Of a stretch of DNA of 64,000 bases, positions 1 through 8,286 are shown in pieces. The notes under the pieces were generated by a model, which saw nothing but the letters and a program-made list of their open reading frames with translations, did no database searches and had not been told where the DNA came from. A program made the translations under genes and the position numbers. Position 1 is the first letter of the stretch; every line of letters starts with the position of its first letter. Source of the DNA: a virus (Duplodnaviria; Caudoviricetes); the IMG/VR virus record IMGVR_UViG_3300007852_000001, positions 546 to 64,545 of that record; one strand, 5' to 3'.

Positions 1-67
1 CGACCCCCGCACGTCAAAAATCTGCACGTATTAGTCTCAGTAATATCCGCACGTCAAAAAAAGTCAC

Positions 68-271
68 CTACATCTGTGACACTATGTCATCAATCTGATA
101 CACCGTCCGCGGGTTATAGCTGTCGTGCGGAAGCGTCGGCCGACCGACATTATCGTACGAGCGACGCCGCTCGGACCGCGCACAATGCTCGCAGCGCGCC
201 GTAACACTGTCGACGTAGTACAATTCAGTGACAGCATGGCAACCCGCGCATCGGCCGAAAAGTCGTGACAT
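68..271 (-). CDS. Small zinc-finger protein (early)
   Basis: CAGC...CEHC pairs; TATA-like sequence upstream; poly-T terminator downstream. Confidence 0.6.
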   Translation of the reverse strand: MSRLFGRCAGCHAVTELYYVDSVTARCEHCARSERRRSYDNVGRPTLPHDSYNPRTVYQIDDIVSQM

Positions 272-373
272 GTGAACAACGACGAACGTTATACACTTAA
301 GTCTGTCGGTATGACTCCACGACCGTAGTCATTACTGTCAGTTATATCGGCAGCCGAAAAAAAAGTGAGTCAA

Positions 374-514
374 TCAGACTGGAATGGGTGACTCGTGGCC
401 GTTCGGGCATCGGCCGTCGTCCTCAATGCGATGCCCGCACGGGCATACGAGGACGCCCATATCGACCGTCCAATCGGCGTCAAGCTGTTTGACGAATTCG
501 GAACGAAGGGACAT
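374..514 (-). CDS. Zn-binding microprotein, 46 aa
   Basis: Manual translation MSLRSEF...VCPCGHRIEDDGRCPNGHESPIPV; TGATG coupling to the upstream ORF. Confidence 0.65.
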   Translation of the reverse strand: MSLRSEFVKQLDADWTVDMGVLVCPCGHRIEDDGRCPNGHESPIPV

Positions 515-597
515 CAGTAGTCACCCTCGTCATTAGCGTCGGATTCGGTTTCCTCGTGATTCGTCGGCACAACCGTCAGGTGGTTGTTGTCTCCCAT
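514..597 (-). CDS. Acidic microprotein, 27 aa
   Basis: MGDNNHLTVVPTNHEETESDANDEGDY, directly after the early start motif TTCAATCGCAATG. Confidence 0.55.
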   Translation of the reverse strand: MGDNNHLTVVPTNHEETESDANDEGDY

Positions 598-650
598 TGC
601 GATTGAACGGATGCACCACTTACGTATAAGTCTTTCGAAGTCGTCTTTTG

Positions 651-864
651 CTGTAAGAATAGATTACGCGGGCGGGCTTAGACGCCGCAGCTTGGCAGCT
701 AAGAGCGTTCGACCCAAACACGACCAAAACCACTCACCACATGCAGAAATAGCACAGCGACGCCGTGAACGGCCGTAGAATCGACGTGAGTGTACATCGG
801 AGCAGCCAGCATGCCCGTCGGCCGACCGCCCGCGTGCGGGCGTTAGCACTGTACGCACGTAGGC
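651..864. repeat. Long degenerate non-coding repeat, copy 1
   Basis: Shares ordered blocks with 2169-2418: ctgtaaga, cgggcttaga, gagcgttcg, ccaaaacca, gcacagcgacgccgtga, tagaatcga, tcggccgaccg, cgcacgta. Confidence 0.8.
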
Positions 865-913
865 AGTATTACTGTCAGTTATATCGGTGAGTCAAAAAAA
901 AGCGGCTGTGCGG

Positions 914-1189
914 TTACTTGACCCAATAGGACGACGAATCGACGCCGTGCGGACCGCTTTGCGTGAGACCGTCCATACACGCCCCGACGGCCGCGGGGAG
1001 GCGCGACGGTGAGACCGCACGACTCCCGTCGGCATCGACGCGGGAGTGCGTACGGTATCGCGGCGACCCTTGTGGCCGTTCGAAGACGTACGTCGAGCCG
1101 TCATCACAGGCGATGCGGAGCATGTCCTTGTTCATTCCGAACCGCGGTTCGACCGTCGAGACTGCGAACTGCGTGACGCTTTTTGCCAT
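914..1189 (-). CDS. Hypothetical early protein
   Basis: ORF bounded by early promoter motif and poly-T terminator. Confidence 0.75.
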   Translation of the reverse strand: MAKSVTQFAVSTVEPRFGMNKDMLRIACDDGSTYVFERPQGSPRYRTHSRVDADGSRAVSPSRLPAAVGACMDGLTQSGPHGVDSSSYWVK

Positions 1190-1362
1190 TGCGAATCAAC
1201 CGATGCACCACTTACATATAAGGCTTTCGTTTCGGACTGAGCCGCACGCACGTGGGACCGCGGCCCGTACGTGCATGAGCCAGTATTACTGTGACGCATC
1301 GTCCTCGATGGGGCGCAGTATTACTGTGAGTTATAATCGGGAGTCATAAAAAAGCCACATGC

Positions 1363-2016
1363 CTACTTCAACACTTCATTGAAATAGATCATGTGACGAG
1401 CATGCTCGCCGCGTTCGAAGTCGTAAATCGCCCACTGCACGAGGAAGGGCGCAAAACCATCAATGCCACTTTTTTCACGGATAGTTTCACACGCATCGAA
1501 GTAAGCTTCAGCCGAATAAAACTCTGTATCGGCGTCAATACCGCCGTAACGGCCGACGTTACTGTCAATGCACATGAATTCCGTGAAACCGCACATGGCC
1601 AGCATGAACGACGCTTTACGTTCGGCGACGCCAACAACGTTATCCGTCATAACGTCGAGGAGAGTCGCCCAACGGCCGTTTTTCGCGTGACTTCGAACCG
1701 CCTGAACAAGCTGTTTGAAATCGTTGTTTTCGAAGGTCCGCGCCATCCAATTCGACTTGTGACCGCCGTAGACGGTCTCTAACGCCGCCTCCTTACACGT
1801 TAAGTCGCCAGTGTAGTGGCCGACAAACGCTGACTCATGCCGCGAGCACTCGGTTTGAATGGATAACACTGCGAACATGTACGATTTTTCAAGGACATCG
1901 GCCGCGTCTTTGAGGGTTCCGTACATGACGACATTCCGCACGGCGTTAAGACGCTCGGAGACCGCAGCATAATCGGACTTGTGTGATTCTACCCAGTTTG
2001 CTAAGGTTTCACTCAT
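1363..2016 (-). CDS. HhH-GPD superfamily DNA glycosylase-like protein (OGG2-like)
   Basis: VVGVAERKASFMLAMCGFTEFMCIDSNVGR resembles the archaeal OGG2 HhH/Asp motif (GIGYKEASHFLRNVG...IIDRH). Confidence 0.65.
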   Translation of the reverse strand: MSETLANWVESHKSDYAAVSERLNAVRNVVMYGTLKDAADVLEKSYMFAVLSIQTECSRHESAFVGHYTGDLTCKEAALETVYGGHKSNWMARTFENNDFKQLVQAVRSHAKNGRWATLLDVMTDNVVGVAERKASFMLAMCGFTEFMCIDSNVGRYGGIDADTEFYSAEAYFDACETIREKSGIDGFAPFLVQWAIYDFERGEHARHMIYFNEVLK

Positions 2017-2168
2017 TGTAATCACCAGTTTGGAACCGAGGGGCGTGCAAAATCGCCCGCCTCAAGGGTTACTTGGGCGAGGTCACCTTCGTGTTTCGAA
2101 CGAGGGACGGCATTGGTATAAGTGTTTCTATACGGTTCGATTATTACTGTCGGTTATCCCGCACGTAG

Positions 2169-2418
2169 CTGTAAGATACCTTTACGCGCACGGGCTTAGA
2201 ACCGCCCACTGGCCTGCTGTGAGCGTTCGGCCGTAAGACGCCCAAAACCATTGACCCACTACTGCGATGGCACAGCGACGCCGTGAGCGGGCTTAGAATC
2301 GATGCCAGTGTGCTGTAGCCTTCGCGCTCGCTAAGGCGACCGTCGAAGACATCGGAACACTCACGGGCATCGGCCGACCGAGTGCGGCCGACCCATACCA
2401 ATACCGCACGCACGTAAG
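2169..2418. repeat. Long degenerate non-coding repeat, copy 2
   Basis: Colinear similarity to 651-864. Confidence 0.8.
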
Positions 2419-2488
2419 AGCCGATGGCGAAAGACTTATATACCCCAAACCCGTACGTCAGTTCAAGCCCGAATCATGAGCGCCAGCT

Positions 2489-2617
2489 ATATTCCACGGT
2501 CTTCGGCATTACCGCCGCGTATATTACCGCGGCGCATCGCTGATAGGCCATGTTCAGCGGTAATATTACCGCCACGCATAATGAGATATAACTCTCACGC
2601 ATATTACCACGACGCAT
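2489..2617. repeat. Iteron-like short repeats ATATTACCRCNRCGCAT (4-5 copies)
   Basis: Copies at about 2507, 2521, 2563 and 2601; degenerate copy at 2489. Confidence 0.75.
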
Positions 2618-2700
2618 AGTGGCGGGTCCGAGGGAGGAGGACCTACCCCCACCCCCTCTAATGATAAATTCTGGCCCCTAATCGCATTTTCTGGCCTTTT

Positions 2701-2940
2701 TCAGTGTTCGACCGACTGTAGCCGAACACGCATCTGCGCAAGGTCGCGGTCGTTGCGATGCTGTCTGAATTCTTCGAGGCGCTCCGCGTTTCCGAACGCC
2801 CGAACAATCCGCTCACCCTCTTCGTCATCGCCGCTCCAAAACCACTCAAAGACGAGCAAGATAATGTCTCCCCCGTGCTTGCGCTCGTTGTGCAACTGCT
2901 CGCAGATTGTCTCCATCTCTCTCATTGCGTATTGGCTCAC
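2701..2940 (-). CDS. Hypothetical early protein
   Basis: ORF in the early cassette array. Confidence 0.6.
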   Translation of the reverse strand: MSQYAMREMETICEQLHNERKHGGDIILLVFEWFWSGDDEEGERIVRAFGNAERLEEFRQHRNDRDLAQMRVRLQSVEH

Positions 2941-3019
2941 ACAGAATAGAAACTTAACTCTATCGATATGACCGTCGGTAATACCCGCACGTCAAAAAAA
3001 AAACGGCCGCCGTCTTTTT

Positions 3020-3175
3020 TTACGATGGAATTTCCACGTCGTTCGGCGCGATACGCCACTCGATGTCGTCTGCTTCGAGTGACTGCTGGAACAGCACCGC
3101 ACCACGAACCGACTGGAACTTATTGACGTACCACTCGCCCGTGACGCCGTTCTTGTACTCTACGGTCGTAGTCAT
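3020..3175 (-). CDS. Hypothetical microprotein
   Basis: MTTTVEYKNG..., ATGA overlap, ends before poly-T. Confidence 0.6.
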   Translation of the reverse strand: MTTTVEYKNGVTGEWYVNKFQSVRGAVLFQQSLEADDIEWRIAPNDVEIPS

Positions 3176-3227
3176 ACGCCCACGACCTCGTGCGAAGACG
3201 CAGTGTTCGCACTCTGTAGGTGGGCGT

Positions 3228-3548
3228 TCATACGCCCACGACCTCAACCTTCGTACGCACTTCGCCACCGTGCTTCGCGGCCGTCAAGTTCTCCACACGG
3301 ATGCCCTCAGAGCCGTGTGACGCGTCGAGGAGCGCGTTCATGTGCTGAAGGCTACGGTAGCGCGAGATGATGATAACGCGCTCTCCGTCCATGCTGCGGC
3401 CGATGAAGCCGTCATTGTAGTCTTCGTTGAGGTAGTCGAACGCGGCCTCGACACCTTCGAGCGAGTCGAGCGGTGAACTGTTCAGCATTCGAACGTCATT
3501 GTTCTCGGCGTTGGTCGGCACGGTCGTGACGTGGTTGTCGGCTCCCAT
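3228..3548 (-). CDS. Hypothetical early protein
   Basis: Starts MGADNHVTTVPTN after an early promoter. Confidence 0.75.
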   Translation of the reverse strand: MGADNHVTTVPTNAENNDVRMLNSSPLDSLEGVEAAFDYLNEDYNDGFIGRSMDGERVIIISRYRSLQHMNALLDASHGSEGIRVENLTAAKHGGEVRTKVEVVGV

Positions 3549-3811
3549 TGCAATTGGACACACGAGAGCTATTGGTATAAGGCTTTCGATGTACACTCAC
3601 TACGACACACAATAACACAGCAGAGACACAGTAGTACGACAACGAGTAACACACTGCACCGTCAAGAACTTAGAAACCAGCATCCTCACGCCCTCCCTAC
3701 TATAGTATAGGAGAGGCGGACGGATAAGTGTTTCGGAGTCTTCGGCGCGTCGCCTTTGCGCGAGGCGCGAAGGCCACGGAAGAGAAGCGCGACGTAACCG
3801 TTCGCGGTTAA

Positions 3812-3976
3812 TTACAGCCGTCGACCGAGGTCAGCGGTGTTTCTTACACCGTACTTGCCCGTGAGTACAAACTCCACCTCAGCATAGGTTTGCTCGCCCG
3901 CGGACTCCACGCCCGTCACGACGACAGGATGGCCCGTGAACAGGTCCACATAGATGGCTCCGACGTTCATGTTCAT
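3812..3976 (-). CDS. Hypothetical microprotein, 54 aa
   Basis: Manual translation MNMNVGAIYVDLFTGHPVVVTGV...; ATGA overlap with the upstream gene. Confidence 0.55.
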   Translation of the reverse strand: MNMNVGAIYVDLFTGHPVVVTGVESAGEQTYAEVEFVLTGKYGVRNTADLGRRL

Positions 3977-4230
3977 GACAGGTCACACTCCAGCGTCTCG
4001 ACCAAGTGGAACGAACACTGGTTCTTGGCGACGCGGCGGGCAGCGTCCTCGACCGTCAGCGTCGAGCCGTCGGTGTCCTGTAGGTCGCGCTCGTAGACCG
4101 TGACCAGTTCGTCCCACTCTTGACCGTTGTCGAGGCTGCGCACGCGGACCGTGCCGTCAGCGATGATGTCGGTCGGCAAGGCCTCCCTCGTCTCGACCGA
4201 ATCGGGCGCCTCGTCCGAGAGGTCAGCCAT
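3973..4230 (-). CDS. Hypothetical acidic protein
   Basis: Coupled ORF, acidic composition. Confidence 0.7.
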   Translation of the reverse strand: MADLSDEAPDSVETREALPTDIIADGTVRVRSLDNGQEWDELVTVYERDLQDTDGSTLTVEDAARRVAKNQCSFHLVETLECDLS

Positions 4231-4334
4231 CAGAGGGCCTCCGTACTCGGGTGGTCTTCGTCACCGCAGTGCGGGCACGGAAGCTGTCGGACGGCACACT
4301 TGTACTTCTTGCAGACGTATGCTGTTTCGCTCAT
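4230..4334 (-). CDS. CPxCG zinc-finger microprotein, 34 aa
   Basis: MSETAYVCKKYKCAVRQLPCPHCGDEDHPSTEAL after an early promoter. Confidence 0.65.
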   Translation of the reverse strand: MSETAYVCKKYKCAVRQLPCPHCGDEDHPSTEAL

Positions 4335-4429
4335 TACAATTGAACACATGGCAGCCATTGGTATAAGTCTTGCGACTCGCTCGTAATATGATTGTCAGTT
4401 ATAATCGAATGTCAAAAAAAAGACGCCCC

Positions 4430-4693
4430 TTAGAACGTGTAGCGTTCTCGCGTCTCAGTGACCTCATACTCTTCACGCTGAAGGTCCGCGAACCACATGC
4501 GCATGGCACCGTCTATCATACGCGCCTTGACCATGATGGCACCATGCTCTTCGAGGACTTCCTTGGCCGCGCCCGCACCCAACGCGCTCGGGGTTCTGTC
4601 GTTCGTACAGTCGATGAAGCCCGACAGCGCTTTGTAGTCATTCTTACTGCTGTACTCGTTCAGCGTGTCCGCGACATCGTTGAGGTCTACCAT
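4430..4693 (-). CDS. Hypothetical early protein
   Basis: Own promoter and terminator cassette. Confidence 0.8.
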   Translation of the reverse strand: MVDLNDVADTLNEYSSKNDYKALSGFIDCTNDRTPSALGAGAAKEVLEEHGAIMVKARMIDGAMRMWFADLQREEYEVTETRERYTF

Positions 4694-4754
4694 TGCGATT
4701 GAAGCAAGGGGATACGGGTATAAAAGCGTGTCGATTCGAGAATCGTACGAAGCG

Positions 4755-5156
4755 TTACGACTCGTTCTTGGCCTTGTGGTAGCCGCCGTGGGCGTTCTCG
4801 GGAGTTATCCAGAGACCGCCCTGTAGGTGGTCTTCGAGGTCGCCGAGGGGCGTCACGAAGTCGTCAGAGGCCCGTGCGATGTGCTGCGTGCGACCGTCGT
4901 GTTCGACTGTGTTGTCTTTGAATGCTTCACGGTCGACCGCGTAGAGACCGTTCTCGTTATCAGCGACGAGGATGGTGTCGACCGACACGGAGACCTTCCA
5001 CTCCACGTCAGTATCCATCATCCACGCAGGTTCATCGAACTTGCGGAGGCCGTCGTGGTAGTGGACGAAGACAGCATCGCGGTTTTCGTCGCGGCCGCAG
5101 CGGCCGACCTCGTTTCCGTTGTGGTACTCGCTCATTCCGTTGGCAGTTACTCGCAT
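4755..5156 (-). CDS. Hypothetical early protein
   Basis: Acidic ORF after an early promoter. Confidence 0.75.
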   Translation of the reverse strand: MRVTANGMSEYHNGNEVGRCGRDENRDAVFVHYHDGLRKFDEPAWMMDTDVEWKVSVSVDTILVADNENGLYAVDREAFKDNTVEHDGRTQHIARASDDFVTPLGDLEDHLQGGLWITPENAHGGYHKAKNES

Positions 5157-5233
5157 CGTGTTTGGACACACGAGGGCTATTGGTATAAACCTGTCGATTG
5201 CGGCGATTGGCAAATAAAAAAAAGTCGGCTACG

Positions 5234-5467
5234 TTACAGGTCGTACTCGAACGCGTGGCGCGGCTTGAGGCGGAATGCGGGCTTCACCGTGTCGATGATG
5301 CCGTTCGGCGTCCAGCCGTGGTCGAATCCGACAGTGATGGCGCGCTCGGCGTTCGTCATGTCATCCAGTTCGACGTACACGTCGCCTTGGACGTTGATGA
5401 AGGCTGTCTCGACCTCTTCCAGTTCTTGCAGTTCGTCGCGGACGACATCGGCAGTGTTGTGGGCCAT
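5234..5467 (-). CDS. Hypothetical early protein
   Basis: Cassette ORF. Confidence 0.75.
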   Translation of the reverse strand: MAHNTADVVRDELQELEEVETAFINVQGDVYVELDDMTNAERAITVGFDHGWTPNGIIDTVKPAFRLKPRHAFEYDL

Positions 5468-5552
5468 TACGATTGAACACATGCACGACAGTGGTATAAA
5501 AGCATCGATATTAGTATCAGTTATATCGGCAGGTCAAAAAAAGTCAGTTCGC

Positions 5553-5855
5553 TTACTCTTCGGTCAGTTCCATCTCGTTGAAGTAGTAGCCGTACGTTAC
5601 ATCATCGTCGTCAATCAGGTTGCCAGCGGACTTGTGCGTGCTGCTGACGCGCTCGTACACGCCGACCACGTACTCGTTGTGCCCGCTCCTGTCCACGGCC
5701 TCCACGACGAAGCCGTCCGACAGCGGGACGGTGATGCTGTCGTTGTGCGCGTCCGTGAACTTCGCCACCTTCTCGGTGATGGCCTCGGCCTCGTAGCCGT
5801 CGCGCGTTTCAGTGACCTCGACCTCGGTGCCGTTGACCTCGACAGTTTCGCTCAT
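5553..5855 (-). CDS. Hypothetical early protein
   Basis: Cassette ORF, acidic. Confidence 0.8.
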   Translation of the reverse strand: MSETVEVNGTEVEVTETRDGYEAEAITEKVAKFTDAHNDSITVPLSDGFVVEAVDRSGHNEYVVGVYERVSSTHKSAGNLIDDDDVTYGYYFNEMELTEE

Positions 5856-5937
5856 TGCGATTGAACAGAAGAGATCTATTGGTATAAGTCTTGCGATATT
5901 TGTCTCAGTTATAATCGGTGGTCAAAAAAAAAGACAC

Positions 5938-6054
5938 CTACGCGACTTCGACGTAGCCGAGCGTGTAACCGCACTCGAAACACGCGACTTCGCCGTCGTA
6001 GTACACGTCAGGACCGTTGACCTTACCGCAGTCAGGACATTCGGCGTTGCCCAT
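5938..6054 (-). CDS. TFB-type zinc-ribbon microprotein, 38 aa
   Basis: MGNAECPDCGKVNGPDVYYDGEVACFECGYTLGYVEVA. Confidence 0.7.
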   Translation of the reverse strand: MGNAECPDCGKVNGPDVYYDGEVACFECGYTLGYVEVA

Positions 6055-6488
6055 CAGGCCCACTCCGTGATGTCATCGATGAACGTGCCTTCGTCCACGG
6101 ACATGTGGGTGTCACCCGCAAGCGCCCAGTTCGGCGGGTCAGACATGATGATGCACCCACTGCGCTCGTCTTCTTCGACCACACAGCCACCGTACTCGGG
6201 ATAGCCGTTGTCACAGTCCATGTCAGAGTCCGCCAGCGCCCGCCCACGCGGGTTTGCATCGATAGGCACGTCACCCACGTCATGCGCCTCAAGCGGTATC
6301 AGCGCGTTGCTGACGGCCATAGGAGAGCCGTCAAGGTCGTTGAGGATGCTGCGCATCCGCTCGACGGCAGTGTCGTCGTCCTCCGACCCGTGGAGTCGCG
6401 GCAGGTTGTTCTTGACGCGCTCTTCGGTAACGTTGTCGCGGTCAGGCGATGACTCGTCATCGTTGTCGTCATCACGGCTGTCGTACAT
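6054..6488 (-). CDS. Hypothetical acidic early protein
   Basis: Cassette ORF. Confidence 0.75.
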   Translation of the reverse strand: MYDSRDDDNDDESSPDRDNVTEERVKNNLPRLHGSEDDDTAVERMRSILNDLDGSPMAVSNALIPLEAHDVGDVPIDANPRGRALADSDMDCDNGYPEYGGCVVEEDERSGCIIMSDPPNWALAGDTHMSVDEGTFIDDITEWA

Positions 6489-6557
6489 GACGATTGAAGC
6501 AAAGAGCTACAGGGTAATAAGTGTTTTGAATGGTAAATAAAAAAAAGGTCAGTTACG

Positions 6558-6905
6558 TTACTCGAACAGTTCGAGGAACTCAATCACACCGCGCTCCATA
6601 CTGCCGTCGGGCCGCAGTTCGTCCGTGAGAATACACGACCGAGACGAACGCCCGAACTTAAGTCGGAGTCTGGCACCAGTGTGCTTTTCAGCCGTGACAT
6701 CGCCGAGCGTGAGCGAGTCGATGTCGTTGTCGCGGAGTGCCCGCAGCGCCGACAGGAGTCGCTCACGCTCGACACGAACGTCTCTGTTACCCGTGTACCA
6801 CACTTCGTCGCCATCGCAGCGGATACCTTCAGCGCACGGGTTGAAGGTCGCCGCACTCATTTCGCCCTTTTCGACATCGTACAGCGCGTCACTGGTTTCG
6901 TCCAT
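6558..6905 (-). CDS. Hypothetical early protein
   Basis: Cassette ORF. Confidence 0.75.
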   Translation of the reverse strand: MDETSDALYDVEKGEMSAATFNPCAEGIRCDGDEVWYTGNRDVRVERERLLSALRALRDNDIDSLTLGDVTAEKHTGARLRLKFGRSSRSCILTDELRPDGSMERGVIEFLELFE

Positions 6906-6990
6906 TGCGATTGAACATATGCACGACAGTGGTATAAATGTTACGTTATTACTGTTAGTTATAATCGAAGGTCAAAAAAAGTCAGTTATG

Positions 6991-7494
6991 TTACCAGATG
7001 CCTTCTTCGACGCGGGCGGGAATCTCGTTCTCGCACAGCCAGCCACTCATGTGGCCGTCGGGGTCGTGAACGTCCCAGTCGCACATGCCCATCGTGAGTG
7101 GGTCGCCACAGGCGGGACAGTCGGGCGTCTGATGCCAATAGATGTCGACCTCCACCTCTTCGACAGGGTACTTGACCGACGGCGAGCGCGGGCCTGTGTG
7201 ATACGAGTCCTTGAACAGGAGACGCAGGTCAGCGTCGTCGTCGGCAGGCACGAGAAAAGCACGCCGCCCGTCGTCAAACAAGAAGTTCGGGTAGTTCAGC
7301 CCCCAGTCCTCAACAACGCCCTCAAGGGAGTGACGACTCGTCTCGATGCGCACGTCAACGCGCATGTTTGGCCGTGCGCGGTGGGCCTCCATCTCACGGC
7401 ACAGTTCTTTCGACTCCTCCTTGGAGAGGGAACCAGCACTTGTCTCGGCACCGAATTCGATGTTGCTTCGGCCACGGTAGTCGTGTCGTCTCAT
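6991..7494 (-). CDS. Hypothetical early protein with C-terminal CPxCG motif
   Basis: Cassette ORF; CPACG. Confidence 0.75.
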   Translation of the reverse strand: MRRHDYRGRSNIEFGAETSAGSLSKEESKELCREMEAHRARPNMRVDVRIETSRHSLEGVVEDWGLNYPNFLFDDGRRAFLVPADDDADLRLLFKDSYHTGPRSPSVKYPVEEVEVDIYWHQTPDCPACGDPLTMGMCDWDVHDPDGHMSGWLCENEIPARVEEGIW

Positions 7495-7662
7495 TGCGAT
7501 TGAAGCAATGCACCGTACTGGTATAAACCCACCGATATACGTGTCAGTTATCTCGCGCGTAGTTGTAAGAGTACATTCCGCGTACGCGTGGGCGGGCCTA
7601 ATTCCAATTTCTGCCGTCGAGACGAAAGTCTTTTACGTGGGTATCCCTTCTACCGAAGTGTA

Positions 7663-8121
7663 ATGTCTGAAAAGTTGACCGTCGACCGAGCCGACCTTGA
7701 AGACGTGTACGTACAGATGGACGATGAACTGGCCAAAACGCGGATGCGGCGCATCTTCCACGACAGTGCCGAGCAGCCGTTCGACCACGACACCGAGGAT
7801 GCCGTCGAACAGGCCCGTGCAGAGGGATTCGCTGCGGGAATGTTGATGGCCACGATGGCACAGACTGGCATGTTCGCAGAAGACGCGGCCGAAGACCCTG
7901 CGACCGAGGAAGAGGCGCAAAAACACCTCAACCCGCAGTTCGAGAACACTGTCATCGAAATTCCGTGGGACGGCTCGCCTGAAGACCTGTACGTGGCACT
8001 CGACTTCGACACCGATGTGCAGACCCGCATCGAAGAAACCGACATGCCCACTGGCTGGACGGGCGAGCCGCAGGACGTGATGACGAGATTGACTTCTACG
8101 GGCCAGAGCAGTGAACCGTAG
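7663..8121 (+). CDS. Hypothetical protein
   Basis: Acidic ORF, leaderless start after CGAAAGTCTTTTA promoter. Confidence 0.8.
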   Translation: MSEKLTVDRADLEDVYVQMDDELAKTRMRRIFHDSAEQPFDHDTEDAVEQARAEGFAAGMLMATMAQTGMFAEDAAEDPATEEEAQKHLNPQFENTVIEIPWDGSPEDLYVALDFDTDVQTRIEETDMPTGWTGEPQDVMTRLTSTGQSSEP

Positions 8122-8286
8122 TGAGTCCGATGGCTTTGACCTTGAAGCCGACGTTCCCGACCCGTGGGTCGAGCCGCGGTGCGAGCAGGACGACGAGTAG
8201 GGGTCTAATCGATATTCTGGCTTTTTTTATTTGTCATTTTCTGAAACGACAGGTTTATACCAATGGGCATCTAACGCCTATTCACG

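Larger units (their letters stand above)
29..7530 (-). promoter_or_regulatory. Repeated early intergenic module: poly-T terminator, CGATWATAACTGACAGTAATA box, BRE/TATA, TTCAATCGCA-ATG
   Basis: Plus-strand TATTACTGTCAGTTATAWTCG..GTCAAAAAAA variants at about 29, 331, 867, 1319, 2142, 2966, 4387, 5509, 5897 and 6947; CATTGCGATTGAA at about 595, 4691, 5853, 6903 and 7492. Confidence 0.85.

Noticed and set aside
3172-3245. Mini-CRISPR array (two repeats with a 38-bp spacer)
   Set aside because: Repeats are only 18 bp, overlap coding ends and do not match the haloarchaeal type I-B repeat; no cas genes
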